Of a stretch of DNA of 64,000 nucleotides, positions 1-10,093 are shown one piece after another. The position numbers and the translations under genes are program-made. The DNA is taken from assembly GCA_018669975.1 (NCBI GenBank), contig JABHSK010000007.1, positions 64,390 through 128,389 of the forward strand, written 5' to 3'. The notes under the pieces were generated by a model. The model was not told where the DNA came from. It saw only the letters and a list, made by a program, of their open reading frames with translations, and did no database searches. The DNA is from Candidatus Parcubacteria bacterium. GTDB taxonomy: Bacteria > Patescibacteriota > Patescibacteriia > UBA1558 > GWA2-36-10. Position 1 is the first letter of the stretch. Each line of letters opens with the position of its first letter.

Positions 1-73
1 GTGGTTAATAAACATTTTTATAGTTGTTACTACACTTTTTTGTATCTTTTTCTATAAAATTTTTGTATATAAT

Positions 74-391
74 GTGGCTCTAGTGCCAAAGCTGGTTGTG
101 TATTATGAAATATGGAGTTATTCCGCGTATTCTTTAGTGTTAACCATGTTAATGTTGTCAGGAGTTATTGTTTTATTTTCTAAGTTAAAAAAATCTGAAA
201 GCGTATTTAAATTTCAACTTAAGTTAATTTTAGTAGCAGTTATTATGGGGACTATAGCTGGTAGTTATTTTAATTTATTTTTGATGTATTTTCATAATTG
301 TGATTATAACCATTTAGGTCCGTTGTTCACTTTATTAATGAATTTTGCAGTTTTTTATTTAATAATGTCTCCAAAAATTATTAAAGAATAA
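74..391 (+). CDS. small polytopic membrane protein; C-terminal motif (NHLGPLFTLLMNFAVFYLI) paralogous to the C-terminus of the next ORF; possible duplicated fragment of a 7TM sensor domain
   Basis: Hydrophobic ORF; shared C-terminal motif with ORF 394..1083 (NGLGPLFTVFMNAVVFYLIFS); no other homology recognised. Confidence 0.35.
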   Translation: MALVPKLVVYYEIWSYSAYSLVLTMLMLSGVIVLFSKLKKSESVFKFQLKLILVAVIMGTIAGSYFNLFLMYFHNCDYNHLGPLFTLLMNFAVFYLIMSPKIIKE

Positions 392-393
392 TT

Positions 394-1083
394 ATGAATC
401 CCAATTTACAAAATTATATTTTATTGATAGCAGGGCTGATTAACCTGATAATGAGTATTTTTATTATTTCCCGAGGTTGGAAGAACAAGGTAAATTTATA
501 TTTTAGCTTATTAACTTTTTTTAATTTTTTATGGGCTGGTGGGTTATTTATATCTAGGTCAACTGCTGATGTGGGTATAACCTCATTATTTAGTAGGAGT
601 ACGTATGTTTCAGCTATAGCAATTATAATTTCGCTCCTTTATTTTGTCATTTATTTTCCTTATAAGAGTAAAGAATTGCATAGTTGGCAAAAAATAATTA
701 TTTGGGTACCAGCCATGCTTTTGTCCGTTATAATTTTTACAAATTATTTTATAGTAGAATTTATAACCGCTTATAGTGAATATGAATTTATATCTGTATT
801 TTATAAACCAATATTTTTGATATACGTACTATATTTTGTATCATTAGCCTCATTCTCTATTTATTATTTGTTGGATAAATATAAGGGTGCTGTAATTACT
901 TTTAGAAAGCAGACAGGCTTATTATTAATAACCATAATTATTGGTTTAATATTTGGTGCATATTTTGATCTATTTTTGATATACATGGGAGATTTTAGGT
1001 TTAATGGTTTGGGTCCATTATTTACAGTTTTTATGAATGCAGTAGTATTTTATTTAATATTTTCATCTAAGAAAGAAAAGTAA
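394..1083 (+). CDS. standalone 7TM membrane protein resembling the N-terminal 7TM sensor domain of histidine kinases (HisKA_7TM-like), no kinase domain
   Basis: About 7 predicted TM helices; ISRGWKNKVNLYFSLLTFFNFLWAGGLF resembles FVKNRASLRNRIFGITSLMTAIWSIGFF at N-terminus of the HK at 7261; 2 nt after previous ORF. Confidence 0.5.
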   Translation: MNPNLQNYILLIAGLINLIMSIFIISRGWKNKVNLYFSLLTFFNFLWAGGLFISRSTADVGITSLFSRSTYVSAIAIIISLLYFVIYFPYKSKELHSWQKIIIWVPAMLLSVIIFTNYFIVEFITAYSEYEFISVFYKPIFLIYVLYFVSLASFSIYYLLDKYKGAVITFRKQTGLLLITIIIGLIFGAYFDLFLIYMGDFRFNGLGPLFTVFMNAVVFYLIFSSKKEK

Positions 1084-1091
1084 TTTAATTC

Positions 1092-2078
1092 ATGTCTAAG
1101 GAAAAGAAAAAAATTGTTGTATTGTTTGCCGGCGGCACTTGTTTACTTGATAAACAAGGGCATATTTTGACTATAAAAGAAAAAACAGATATAGATAGTT
1201 GGCTGCAACAAATGCCAGAATTAAATATTTTAGCTGACATCAAGCCTATTTTAATATCTGGAGAAGATGAGATCATCACGTCGCAGATTTGGGAAAAACT
1301 AGCCTTAACTATCTTGGATAATTTTGTTGAAGCAGACGGTTTTGTAGTAGTTACCAAGATTGATCAATTGATTGAAACCTCTTTGGCCTTAGATTTTATG
1401 CTGCAGCATTTTCAAAAAACTATCATTACCACTTCTTCTTATGTTAGTGGTACTAGTTTTGTGGATAAAAAAGAGACAATCAATACTCTTAAATCTAAAT
1501 TTGGTGGTTTAGGGCTAAGAGCTAACTTAATTAATGCTTTGCAGGTAGCCGATCAACCATTGCCTGGACCAGCTTTGATGTTTGGCTCTCGTTTGATTCC
1601 GGCTATTACAACAATTTATCAGCAACCAGGAGATATTAATTTTTTTAGTAGCCTAGATGGTGTATATTGGGGTAAGGTAGATTTTGGTGTTAATGTAAAA
1701 TCTGGTTTATCCTATTCTAGTCATAAGTCCAAGATTTATAGAAAAATAGCAGCAGACGTCCTGGTGCTAGACGATATACCAGGGGTACCTTGGAATTTTG
1801 CTAAAGAGCAAGCGGTAAAATATAAAGCTATATTTATCAAAGTAAAACCATTTCAAGCCCTAGATACCGACAAGCAAAAGCAAATTGGCCAGTGGAAACA
1901 GCCAGTAGTATTGTATAATCAACAAACTGTCATGGACGCTAAAGGTGTGGTGGCTATTTCAGGTTGTACAGAGCAAGCGGCTATAGTCAAAACTATGTGG
2001 GCAGTTGCTCATCATGCCAAATTGGCAGACTTCAAAGTAGTGATGCAGCAAAATATAATTGGAGAGTTCATAAATTAA
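1092..2078 (+). CDS. L-asparaginase-fold family protein (asparaginase/glutaminase-like)
   Basis: N-terminal VVLFAGGT motif similar to asparaginase TGGTIAG; DGFVVVTKIDQLIETSLALDFML resembles the hDGiVVtHGTDTmeETA region but without a clean HGTDT. Confidence 0.45.
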   Translation: MSKEKKKIVVLFAGGTCLLDKQGHILTIKEKTDIDSWLQQMPELNILADIKPILISGEDEIITSQIWEKLALTILDNFVEADGFVVVTKIDQLIETSLALDFMLQHFQKTIITTSSYVSGTSFVDKKETINTLKSKFGGLGLRANLINALQVADQPLPGPALMFGSRLIPAITTIYQQPGDINFFSSLDGVYWGKVDFGVNVKSGLSYSSHKSKIYRKIAADVLVLDDIPGVPWNFAKEQAVKYKAIFIKVKPFQALDTDKQKQIGQWKQPVVLYNQQTVMDAKGVVAISGCTEQAAIVKTMWAVAHHAKLADFKVVMQQNIIGEFIN

Positions 2079-2089
2079 TTTGGTCCAAC

Positions 2090-2674
2090 ATGAAGATTTA
2101 TTTTTATTCAAGTAATGCCGAACAGGGTAACGATAGTAAACAAATTGTTTCTTGGTTGAAGAAGTCGGGCGTAAAAGTCATAGACCATTCTTTTGTAAGT
2201 GCAAAATCTCAGTCTAGTAGCAGTGATCAATCTTTATCAAAGGTTGATGCTTTAGTTGTACATGGTAGTAAAATGGATGCTAAAAGTGGCTATTGGACAG
2301 CTCTGGCCTTGTCACAAAATAAAGATGTTCTATGTTTATTACCCCAAGGATCAAAGGTTGACGAAGCGCTTAGTGGTTTGCAGACAGATAGTAATTTTGC
2401 CAAAAAATTACATGTTATCTTCTATCAACCAGCAGATTTGCAGGAAAAAATATTAAATTTTTTACGTTTGTTGGATCAGGATAATCTACGAGACCTTTTT
2501 AATATTAAATATACTTTGAGGGTATCACGTAAAATTAATGATTATCTTAATTGGAAGGCGGATAAATTAAGTGTGCGTAAGGCAGACTGGCTTAGAGATA
2601 GGATTCAGGATATAATAAAGGATGATAGTGGTTATCAAAAACACCTGGCAGAGAAGTATAAATTAAACAAGTAG
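2090..2674 (+). CDS. hypothetical protein (start moved to ATG at 2090 immediately after stop of upstream gene)
   Basis: Track ORF 1964..2674 overlaps upstream CDS in another frame; internal Met (MKIYFYSS) at 2090 follows upstream TAA; no family recognised. Confidence 0.4.
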   Translation: MKIYFYSSNAEQGNDSKQIVSWLKKSGVKVIDHSFVSAKSQSSSSDQSLSKVDALVVHGSKMDAKSGYWTALALSQNKDVLCLLPQGSKVDEALSGLQTDSNFAKKLHVIFYQPADLQEKILNFLRLLDQDNLRDLFNIKYTLRVSRKINDYLNWKADKLSVRKADWLRDRIQDIIKDDSGYQKHLAEKYKLNK

Positions 2675-2676
2675 CT

Positions 2677-3480
2677 ATGGTAAAAAAAGAGTGGCGACGA
2701 GATTTTAAAGTTATTCCTGGAGTAGCTGATAGGGCTCAGCCTTTTGAGATTATTACTGGTGACAAGCATGAGACGTTAGTTGTTATGGTCCATGGTTTTA
2801 CTGGTTCACCCTATATAATGAAGCATTTAGCAGAATTCTTAGCAGAAGCTGGCTTAGATGTCAAAGCAATTCTTTTGGCTGGCCACGGTAGAAGTCCGCA
2901 GGCTCTAGGTAAGACCAACCACCAAGATTGGTATCAGTCAGTGGATGAAGTGGTGACTGCCAATATAGATAAATATGAAAATATATTTTTAGTGGGGCAT
3001 TCTTTTGGGGCTAACATGTCTATTCATGCTGCTATAAAGTATCCAAAGATAAAAGGAATAATATCTTTAGGGGTGTCTATTAGTATTATTGATGAAATAT
3101 GGATTAGACTACTTTTGCCTCTAGCTAGAATTTTTAAAAAGCAGTATAAAAAAAGGTGGATTAAAAAAGAAACCGCAGAACGTTTGCATGCCACTGGTAG
3201 GTATACACATATTCCAATTAGAAATATCGTTCAGTTCTATAGTTTTATAGATAATTTCACTAAAAAAGAAATCCCCAAACTTAAGTGTCCTATTTTGGTG
3301 ATGCATTCACGTGAAGATGAGGTGTCACATCCTCGTGGTTCAGAATTTTTATTTAAGAGATTAACGATGGAGGATAAAGAGTTGTTTATCTTGGACAAGA
3401 ATAATCATGGACTATTACACAAGACTAGGCGTGATTTTGTTTTTAATAAAATTGTAAGATTTATTGAAAAACGTAGCTAG
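2677..3480 (+). CDS. alpha/beta-fold hydrolase (carboxylesterase/thioesterase-like)
   Basis: GHSFG nucleophile elbow (GxSxG), HGFTGSP oxyanion region, conserved His near C-terminus (NHGLLH). Confidence 0.7.
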   Translation: MVKKEWRRDFKVIPGVADRAQPFEIITGDKHETLVVMVHGFTGSPYIMKHLAEFLAEAGLDVKAILLAGHGRSPQALGKTNHQDWYQSVDEVVTANIDKYENIFLVGHSFGANMSIHAAIKYPKIKGIISLGVSISIIDEIWIRLLLPLARIFKKQYKKRWIKKETAERLHATGRYTHIPIRNIVQFYSFIDNFTKKEIPKLKCPILVMHSREDEVSHPRGSEFLFKRLTMEDKELFILDKNNHGLLHKTRRDFVFNKIVRFIEKRS

Positions 3481-3523
3481 GGTATTTGGTCTTGATATTT
3501 TATCTAAAAAATGGTGTGGTTTG

Positions 3524-3552
3524 TTGTAGCACTGTTTTTTTTATGGTAAAAT
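3524..3552 (+). promoter_or_regulatory. putative sigma70-type promoter (TTGTAG-17-TGgTAAAAT) upstream of acyl-CoA ligase operon
   Basis: -35 TTGTAG 3524-3529, 17-nt spacer, extended -10 TGgTAAAAT ending 3552; 90-bp gap between genes. Confidence 0.3.
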
Positions 3553-3570
3553 TAAGCATATCTGTAATTT

Positions 3571-5277
3571 ATGCAAAAAACAGTTTTAGCTAAGTTTAGA
3601 AGAATTGTGGAGGGACATGGAGACAGCACAGCGCTGGCCTTTTTGGATAGAGGAAAATATAAAGAAATCAGCTATCAAGAGCTAGATCAGTACCGCAATA
3701 AGCTAGCTAGTTGGATGAAACAACATGGCTGGCAAAAGGGTGATAAATTTGCCTTGATGCTTGGCAATGGTCCAGAGTGGATTATAGCCGATTTAGCTGC
3801 CGCTAGTCTTGGTTTGGTAATAGTGCCAATCCATACAACATATAATGCAGAATATATTCGTAAGATAGTGGCGCATGCAGAGCTTAAATATTTGATTATT
3901 GATAGTGAATTATTTACTAAACATGAGGTAGTAATTGGTAGCTTGGATTTTCAGCAGATAGTTATTATCGGTCAGCATGATAAAGAGAACACTAAAGTTG
4001 TTTCCTGGCCAGACTTGGATAACATTGGTTCAGATACGGACGTAGAAGATGAGGTGTTAGAGGATGATTTACATACTATTATTTATACTTCTGGTACTAC
4101 TGGAGACCCCAAAGGTGTGATGTTGTCACATAAGAACTTAATGAGTAATGCAGAATCTGCCAAACATAATGTAACAATTACAGCAGAGGATAGATTCTTT
4201 TCTTTTTTACCCTTATCACATGCCTTTGAGCGTATGGCCGGCTATTATGCACCAATTATTACTGGGTCCAGCATTTATTTTGCCCAGAGTACCAAGACTA
4301 TTGTAGATGATATCAAATTAGCCAAGCCGACTATTATGTCTTCTGTGCCGCGTATTTTTGAAAGAATTTATGGAAAAGTTTTTGATAATATAGAAAATAG
4401 TAGTAAATTTAAGAAAAAATTGTTTTTCAAGGGGCTACAGCTAGCAGTACTGAAGCGTAAGGATTTGTTAAAATTTTGGCAGTGGGGTCAGTGGAAATTG
4501 TTGGATATGGTAGTTTTGAAAAAAGTACGGCAGGTATTGGGGGGAGATTTGCGCCTGGCTATATCGGGTGGGGCTTCGTTGGACCTCAAGGTGATTAAAT
4601 TTTTTGATAATTTAGGTGTCAAAGTTATCGAGGGTTATGGTATGACCGAGACATCGCCGATTATTGCAGTTAATAAAACAGATGATTATCGCTATGGCAC
4701 AGTAGGTTTTCCTGTTGATTGTAATGAAATAATTATTGATGAGCACAAGGAAATATTGGTTCGTGGAGAGAATGTTATGATGGGGTATTATAATAATCCA
4801 GACACGACTAAAGAAGTAATAGATAATAATGGTTGGCTACATACTGGTGACTTAGGGTTTATCGATAGAGAGGGCTTTCTTACTATTGTTGGTCGAGCTA
4901 AAGATGTAATAATATTATCAACTGGTAAGAATATATTTCCTGAGCAGATTGAGAATGTCCTTAATGAGAGTCGTTATATTACGCAAAGTATGATTTATGG
5001 CGATAAGGACAAGCATATCTCAGCTTTAATAGTGCCAAATTTTGAGCAAATTAAAAGATGGTGTGCTAAGTATGGGCTACCCTTTGATTTAACAAATGAG
5101 AAAATATTAAATTTTTATCAGGATAAGATTGGGAGTAGATTAAAACATTTTGCCAAAGTAGAGCAAATAGATAATTTTACTTTGATAGATGAAGAATTTA
5201 GTCAGGAAAATGGTTTGTTAACCCCAACTTTAAAATTAAAGAGAAAAAAAATATTAAGTAGATATAAAATAGTATAG
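3571..5277 (+). CDS. long-chain-fatty-acid--CoA ligase (AMP-binding enzyme)
   Basis: AMP-binding signature YTSGTTGDPKGVMLSH; GYGMTE; C-terminal GWLHTGDLG...LKLKRKK typical of FACS/FadD. Confidence 0.85.
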   Translation: MQKTVLAKFRRIVEGHGDSTALAFLDRGKYKEISYQELDQYRNKLASWMKQHGWQKGDKFALMLGNGPEWIIADLAAASLGLVIVPIHTTYNAEYIRKIVAHAELKYLIIDSELFTKHEVVIGSLDFQQIVIIGQHDKENTKVVSWPDLDNIGSDTDVEDEVLEDDLHTIIYTSGTTGDPKGVMLSHKNLMSNAESAKHNVTITAEDRFFSFLPLSHAFERMAGYYAPIITGSSIYFAQSTKTIVDDIKLAKPTIMSSVPRIFERIYGKVFDNIENSSKFKKKLFFKGLQLAVLKRKDLLKFWQWGQWKLLDMVVLKKVRQVLGGDLRLAISGGASLDLKVIKFFDNLGVKVIEGYGMTETSPIIAVNKTDDYRYGTVGFPVDCNEIIIDEHKEILVRGENVMMGYYNNPDTTKEVIDNNGWLHTGDLGFIDREGFLTIVGRAKDVIILSTGKNIFPEQIENVLNESRYITQSMIYGDKDKHISALIVPNFEQIKRWCAKYGLPFDLTNEKILNFYQDKIGSRLKHFAKVEQIDNFTLIDEEFSQENGLLTPTLKLKRKKILSRYKIV

Positions 5278-5278
5278 T

Positions 5279-6487
5279 ATGGAAGAAATTAGAAGAATAC
5301 TTGAATATTTGGAAAAACATAACCTCTATCCAGATATGAGAATTATTCAGGGTGGTGCAGAACCTGAGGTAATAGTAGACGGTAAAAAAGTATTGATGTT
5401 TTCATCTAATAATTATTTGGGCTTAGCCACTCATCCAAAAGTGGTTAATGCTGCTATAGAGGCAACCAAGAAATATGGTGTAGGTGCAGATGGTTCACGA
5501 TTGTTGTCAGGAAATTTACAGGTTCATAGGGACTTCGAAATTGCTATAGCAAAATTTAAAGGTGGCGAGGATGCTATAGTTTGGCCTACGGGATATTCTG
5601 CTAATTTGGGTGTTATTACTGCAATAATGAATCCCCCAAAAATTGGACCGTTGGATTTTTTTAGACGTAAGGGTGTTATTTTAAGTGACTCATTAAATCA
5701 TGCTAGTATTGTTGATGCGTGTAAAATGAGTGGTCAAAAAGTTGTTGTTTATAAACATTGTAATACTGCTGATCTAGAGAAAAAATTAAAAAAATATAGC
5801 AAGAGAAAGAAGTTGGTTGTAACTGATGGCGTATTTAGTATGGATGGTGATGTTGCACCTCTTGATAAAATCACCCTCTTATGTAAGCGGTATGATGCTA
5901 TGTTGATGATTGATGAGGCTCATTCAACTGGGATGCAGGGTGAAAACGGTCATGGTACAGCAGAGCGTTTTGGCTTGGAGGCAGTTAAGGATATTGATAT
6001 TATCCTTGGAACATGTAGTAAGGCACTGGCTGCTACAGGTGGTTTTGTTGTGGGTAGTAAAGAGTTAATTAAATATCTTCGAATTGCGAGTCGTTCATAT
6101 ATTTTTTCAACCGCTATGACTCCTGCAGCCTCAGCTTCATTAATAGCCTCATTAAAAATTATTGAGAGTGAACCAGGAATTAGAGAAAAAATGTGGCAGA
6201 ATACAGAGTGCCTTAGGGCGGGTTTTAATAGTTTAGGATTTGATACATTATCTAGTGAAACTCAAATAATTCCAGTTTTAATTGGTCCTGATGATAAGGC
6301 TGTAGAATTCTCTCGTCGATTATTTAAAAGAGGGGTATATGCACCATGTGTTCGTTGGCCAGCTGTTGAAAAGGGAAAAGCGCGGATAAGATTTACGGTT
6401 ATGGCAACACACACGGTTGAACAAATTAATTTCTTACTTAAGACATGTGAGTCGATTGGTAGTGAGTTGAATTTACTAGTGAAATGA
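5279..6487 (+). CDS. alpha-oxoamine synthase family PLP enzyme (8-amino-7-oxononanoate synthase / serine palmitoyltransferase / CqsA-like acyl-CoA:amino acid C-acyltransferase)
   Basis: Class-II aminotransferase fold; PLP-lysine motif GTCSKALAATGGFV; SDSLNHASI; FSMDGD; translationally coupled (1-nt gap) to acyl-CoA ligase. Confidence 0.8.
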   Translation: MEEIRRILEYLEKHNLYPDMRIIQGGAEPEVIVDGKKVLMFSSNNYLGLATHPKVVNAAIEATKKYGVGADGSRLLSGNLQVHRDFEIAIAKFKGGEDAIVWPTGYSANLGVITAIMNPPKIGPLDFFRRKGVILSDSLNHASIVDACKMSGQKVVVYKHCNTADLEKKLKKYSKRKKLVVTDGVFSMDGDVAPLDKITLLCKRYDAMLMIDEAHSTGMQGENGHGTAERFGLEAVKDIDIILGTCSKALAATGGFVVGSKELIKYLRIASRSYIFSTAMTPAASASLIASLKIIESEPGIREKMWQNTECLRAGFNSLGFDTLSSETQIIPVLIGPDDKAVEFSRRLFKRGVYAPCVRWPAVEKGKARIRFTVMATHTVEQINFLLKTCESIGSELNLLVK

Positions 6488-6504
6488 TTGTTGGTTAAAT
6501 AAAT

Positions 6505-7254
6505 ATGTTTATGTTAGACATCAATAATTATAATTATAATGGTAAAAATTTAAAATCACCGTTAACGTATAATAAACTTAAGGGGATAATGTTTTTTTTA
6601 CCAATTTCATATTCTCGTGCCTCTGATATAATAAGTGGGTTAGAGGTCGTGCCAATTCGTATTTTACCACAAAAAGCTTTGCTTGGTTTGACGGTTTTTG
6701 ATTTTATCGATTCTCCTGTGGGACCATATAGGGAGTTGGCGTTAACAATACCGGTAGCATTAAACAATTTGTATAAACCGAATATTATCCCTTTACTTTT
6801 TCCAAAAGCACTTAGTAAGCATTTTGCTTTATATACAATTATGTTAGGGATGAATACGTTACATGGGCAGAAACATGCAAGTGAGATTTTTGGATACCCT
6901 GTATATAAAAATTTGTTAGATATTGATTTTAATTTCGACGGTGGTGTTGTAAGTGTAAAAATTAAGGATAATGGTAGTGATGTGTTAATTTTTAAAATTA
7001 ACGTAAACAAAAATTTTAAGGAGCATGAAAGAGTTTATCAGACTATTTTTCGAGTTGGCGAGGATACTAGATTGGTAGATTTATCTGCTTCAACAGTTGA
7101 ATCTGCAACCTATATGGACCGTTTAAATAATCTTCAACTTGGTAAGTCTTCTATTGCAAATAAAATCAATAATCTAGAACCATCAATGTTTAGTTTGCAA
7201 ACAAGTTTTTATAAAAATGCCATTGAAACACTAACTAATTCAGAGAATATATAA
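6505..7254 (+). CDS. acetoacetate decarboxylase (ADC)-like family protein
   Basis: Motif IDSPVGPYRELALTIPV resembles ADC HDTSGLGCYTESGQAIPV (D-S-x-x-G-x-Y-x-E-x4-IPV); ~250 aa consistent with ADC beta-cone fold; recalled alignment, not computed. Confidence 0.4.
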   Translation: MFMLDINNYNYNGKNLKSPLTYNKLKGIMFFLPISYSRASDIISGLEVVPIRILPQKALLGLTVFDFIDSPVGPYRELALTIPVALNNLYKPNIIPLLFPKALSKHFALYTIMLGMNTLHGQKHASEIFGYPVYKNLLDIDFNFDGGVVSVKIKDNGSDVLIFKINVNKNFKEHERVYQTIFRVGEDTRLVDLSASTVESATYMDRLNNLQLGKSSIANKINNLEPSMFSLQTSFYKNAIETLTNSENI

Positions 7255-7260
7255 AATATA

Positions 7261-10092
7261 ATGGGAATTGTTGTTTATTTTAAAATCGCCTTCATACTTG
7301 GAAGTATCCTATCATTGGGAATTTGGTGGCTTTTATTTGTTAAAAATAGAGCAAGTTTACGTAATAGGATTTTTGGTATCACTTCTTTAATGACCGCCAT
7401 ATGGAGTATTGGTTTTTTTGGATTAACAAGTGCTAACTCGTTAATCTCAGCAAGTTTATCACGGTGGTTTATGGAGGCTGGTTCAATTTTTATACCTGCA
7501 CTCTGGTACCATTTTATTTTTACACATTTAAACTTAAATAAGGAGCATTTCAAGAGAATACGTTTAATGTATGCTATTAGCGCAGTATTATGGGTATTAA
7601 ATATTCTAGATTTATTTATACCGGGATTATTTTCTAGTGGCATGTATCAGAAGCTATTTTTTCAATATTATCCAGGCGGTGGATTAGGATATTATCTTTT
7701 CTTTATCTATTTTGCGTTTGTTGCAGTGTACACAGTTTTTTATTTGCACAGGTATTTAAAGAGAAGGTCAGGGATGCAAAAAGAACAAATACGTTTTATT
7801 CTATTAGCCGCTTATTTTGGATTTGGTGGTGGAGGAATGACATTTTTAGTAACCTTTGGAATAGAAATACCACCATTCGGAATTTTTTTCTTTGCATTTT
7901 ATCCTATTGTTATTGCTTATGCAATTGTGAAGTATAGATTAATGAATATCCGGCTACTTATTACGCGTAGTATTTTATACGCAGTTTTAGTTGGTGCAGT
8001 AGCTAGTTTTTTCGCCCTATCAGTATTTGTGGTTGGTAATACTATTGGTGGTAATACTCAAACAAGTAAAATATTTACATATATTATCACCTCACTTATA
8101 GTGGTGGTATTTTTAGAGCCAGTCAAACGCACTTGGGCCAAAGTGACGGACAAGATTTTTTACAAAGATAAGATTGATTATCAAGAAGTCTTACAAGAGG
8201 TTGGCCTCGTAGTGGCTAGGGAAATCGATTTAGAAAAATTATTACAAAATTCTATTATTCTTTTGGCCGAGAAGTTAAAGATAAAAGAGGTCTCTGTTCT
8301 AGTGCCGACAAATAATCATTTTAATTTATTGACTAGCTCTCAACAAGGTAAGAGCAATTCTTCTTTGTCACAGGAGTTTATAGATTATCTACATTCAAAT
8401 AAAGACTTTGTTATAATAGAAGAATTGAATAGAAATAATGATAATGTACAAGAAAAGAAGTTAAGGTGTAAAATAGAGAGGTTTATCAAAGAGGCGGAGA
8501 TGCTAAATGCGGAAATGGTTATTCCGGTTATAGAGCAGGGAGAGTTAACAGCGGTGTTCTTATTTACCTCTAAGAGCTCCGGAGATTTATACGGTGATCA
8601 AGATATAGATTTCTTTAGAGTATTAATGCCACAGATAGCTACAGCTATCGAAAAATCTAAGCTCTATGAAGAAGTTGAAGAATTTAACCGTGAACTGCAA
8701 GCTAAAGTAGGGGAGAGAACTAAGAGTTTGCAGGAGGTTAATGCAACTCTGGAGGAGCGCAATAGATTTTTGACTACTATGCAAGCAGTGACTAATATGA
8801 TTAGTCGTACGCTAGATTTAAAGAAAGTCAATCAGATGATAGCCAATAGTATTGCCAGTGAGTTGGGATACGTAGGTGGTATCTTGAGCTTTATTGATTT
8901 TGAAGCCAACGTGCTTAGGGTTGGTGCTATTACTGACAATAAGGCTAACAGAAAATTGCTGAGTTTACTACCACAAGATCCTCATGAATATGAAACTAAA
9001 TTAGAACCAGGATTTAATAAGGGAGCTCAGACAGTTTTATTAGGTAAAATTAATTTCTCTGATAGAATGTCTGACTTTTTGTCACCGCCAGTAGATAAAG
9101 AAATAATGGATAAAATACAAGAAGAAGCGGGTGTTAAAACTATGGTGGGTGTGCCGATATTTTCGGAAGCCAAAATCATTGGTATTATCCATTTTTTATT
9201 ACAGGTAAAGCAAAAAAGAATTTCTTCTATGGACATCGAGATGATGGGAGCGCTGACTAATCAGGTTGGTATCGTGTCTCGTAACCTTAAATTGTATAAT
9301 AATTTACAGAAAGCAAATCTAGACATGCAAGAAGCAAATGTCCGTTTGCGTGAGTTAGATAAAGCTAAATCAGAATTTCTTTCTATTGCTTCCCATCAAC
9401 TTAGAACACCAATTTCAGCCATTAAAGGTTATTTGTCCATGATTATCGATGGAGATTTTGGTAAGGTGTCGCCGAATATTACTAAGGTGATTAAAGACTT
9501 GTTTGAGAGTGCTTCTAGATTGGCTAGATTAATCAATATTTTATTGAATGTATCTAGAATTGAATCTGGTCGACTTAAATTAGAAAAAAAGCCTATTCAA
9601 ATCAGTGATATGATTGATAGTGTAATAGTTGAGTTGATAAACCAAGCTACTCAAAAAGGTTTGAAATTGACTTATAAAAAACCAAAAGGAAATATTCCAA
9701 AGATTTTTGCTGACAGTGATAAGTTGAGGGAGGTGGTGCTTAATTTGGTAGATAATGCTATCAAGTATACACCAAAAGGTAAGGTGGAAATATCTCTAGA
9801 GTTTAATAAAGAACACATGACCTTTATGACCAAGGATTCTGGTATTGGTATTGATCCTAAAGAGGTTAAGAGTTTGTTTAGAAAATTTGTACGTGGTTCA
9901 GGTGTAGCACAGATCCATACTGGTGGTTCAGGTTTAGGTCTATTCATTGCTCAAAAGATTATCAAAGAACACAATGGGAAAGTTTGGGCAGAGAGCGAGG
10001 GTACAGGTAAGGGTTCAACATTTAAGTTTGTAGTGCCTTTGTATGATGAGTCAATGTTGAGTGATGGTGTTGATGAACACAAAGATAAATAA
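7261..10092 (+). CDS. sensor histidine kinase: N-terminal 7TM domain, GAF-like region(s), HisKA (SHQLRTPISAIKGY), HATPase_c (DNAIKYT...GGSGLGLFIAQKII); no receiver domain
   Basis: Clear H-box, N, G1 (DSGIGI), G2 (GGSGLGL) boxes; 6-nt gap from upstream gene. Confidence 0.85.
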   Translation: MGIVVYFKIAFILGSILSLGIWWLLFVKNRASLRNRIFGITSLMTAIWSIGFFGLTSANSLISASLSRWFMEAGSIFIPALWYHFIFTHLNLNKEHFKRIRLMYAISAVLWVLNILDLFIPGLFSSGMYQKLFFQYYPGGGLGYYLFFIYFAFVAVYTVFYLHRYLKRRSGMQKEQIRFILLAAYFGFGGGGMTFLVTFGIEIPPFGIFFFAFYPIVIAYAIVKYRLMNIRLLITRSILYAVLVGAVASFFALSVFVVGNTIGGNTQTSKIFTYIITSLIVVVFLEPVKRTWAKVTDKIFYKDKIDYQEVLQEVGLVVAREIDLEKLLQNSIILLAEKLKIKEVSVLVPTNNHFNLLTSSQQGKSNSSLSQEFIDYLHSNKDFVIIEELNRNNDNVQEKKLRCKIERFIKEAEMLNAEMVIPVIEQGELTAVFLFTSKSSGDLYGDQDIDFFRVLMPQIATAIEKSKLYEEVEEFNRELQAKVGERTKSLQEVNATLEERNRFLTTMQAVTNMISRTLDLKKVNQMIANSIASELGYVGGILSFIDFEANVLRVGAITDNKANRKLLSLLPQDPHEYETKLEPGFNKGAQTVLLGKINFSDRMSDFLSPPVDKEIMDKIQEEAGVKTMVGVPIFSEAKIIGIIHFLLQVKQKRISSMDIEMMGALTNQVGIVSRNLKLYNNLQKANLDMQEANVRLRELDKAKSEFLSIASHQLRTPISAIKGYLSMIIDGDFGKVSPNITKVIKDLFESASRLARLINILLNVSRIESGRLKLEKKPIQISDMIDSVIVELINQATQKGLKLTYKKPKGNIPKIFADSDKLREVVLNLVDNAIKYTPKGKVEISLEFNKEHMTFMTKDSGIGIDPKEVKSLFRKFVRGSGVAQIHTGGSGLGLFIAQKIIKEHNGKVWAESEGTGKGSTFKFVVPLYDESMLSDGVDEHKDK

Positions 10093-10093
10093 T

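Noticed and set aside
1085-1357. 90-aa minus-strand ORF at the start of the asparaginase-like gene
   Set aside because: Antisense to a CDS with recognisable N-terminal motif; no independent signals.
1964-2089. N-terminal 42-codon extension of track ORF 1964..2674 overlapping the upstream asparaginase-like gene
   Set aside because: Overlaps a better-supported CDS in another frame; an in-frame ATG (2090) sits right after the upstream stop, so the start was moved.
6534-7010. 158-aa antisense ORF inside the ADC-like gene (and similar antisense ORFs 7275..7643, 9027..9236, 9672..9947, 15412..15972, 50539..50922, 59765..60007)
   Set aside because: Lie antisense within CDSs that have clear family motifs; low-complexity translations typical of AT-rich spurious frames.
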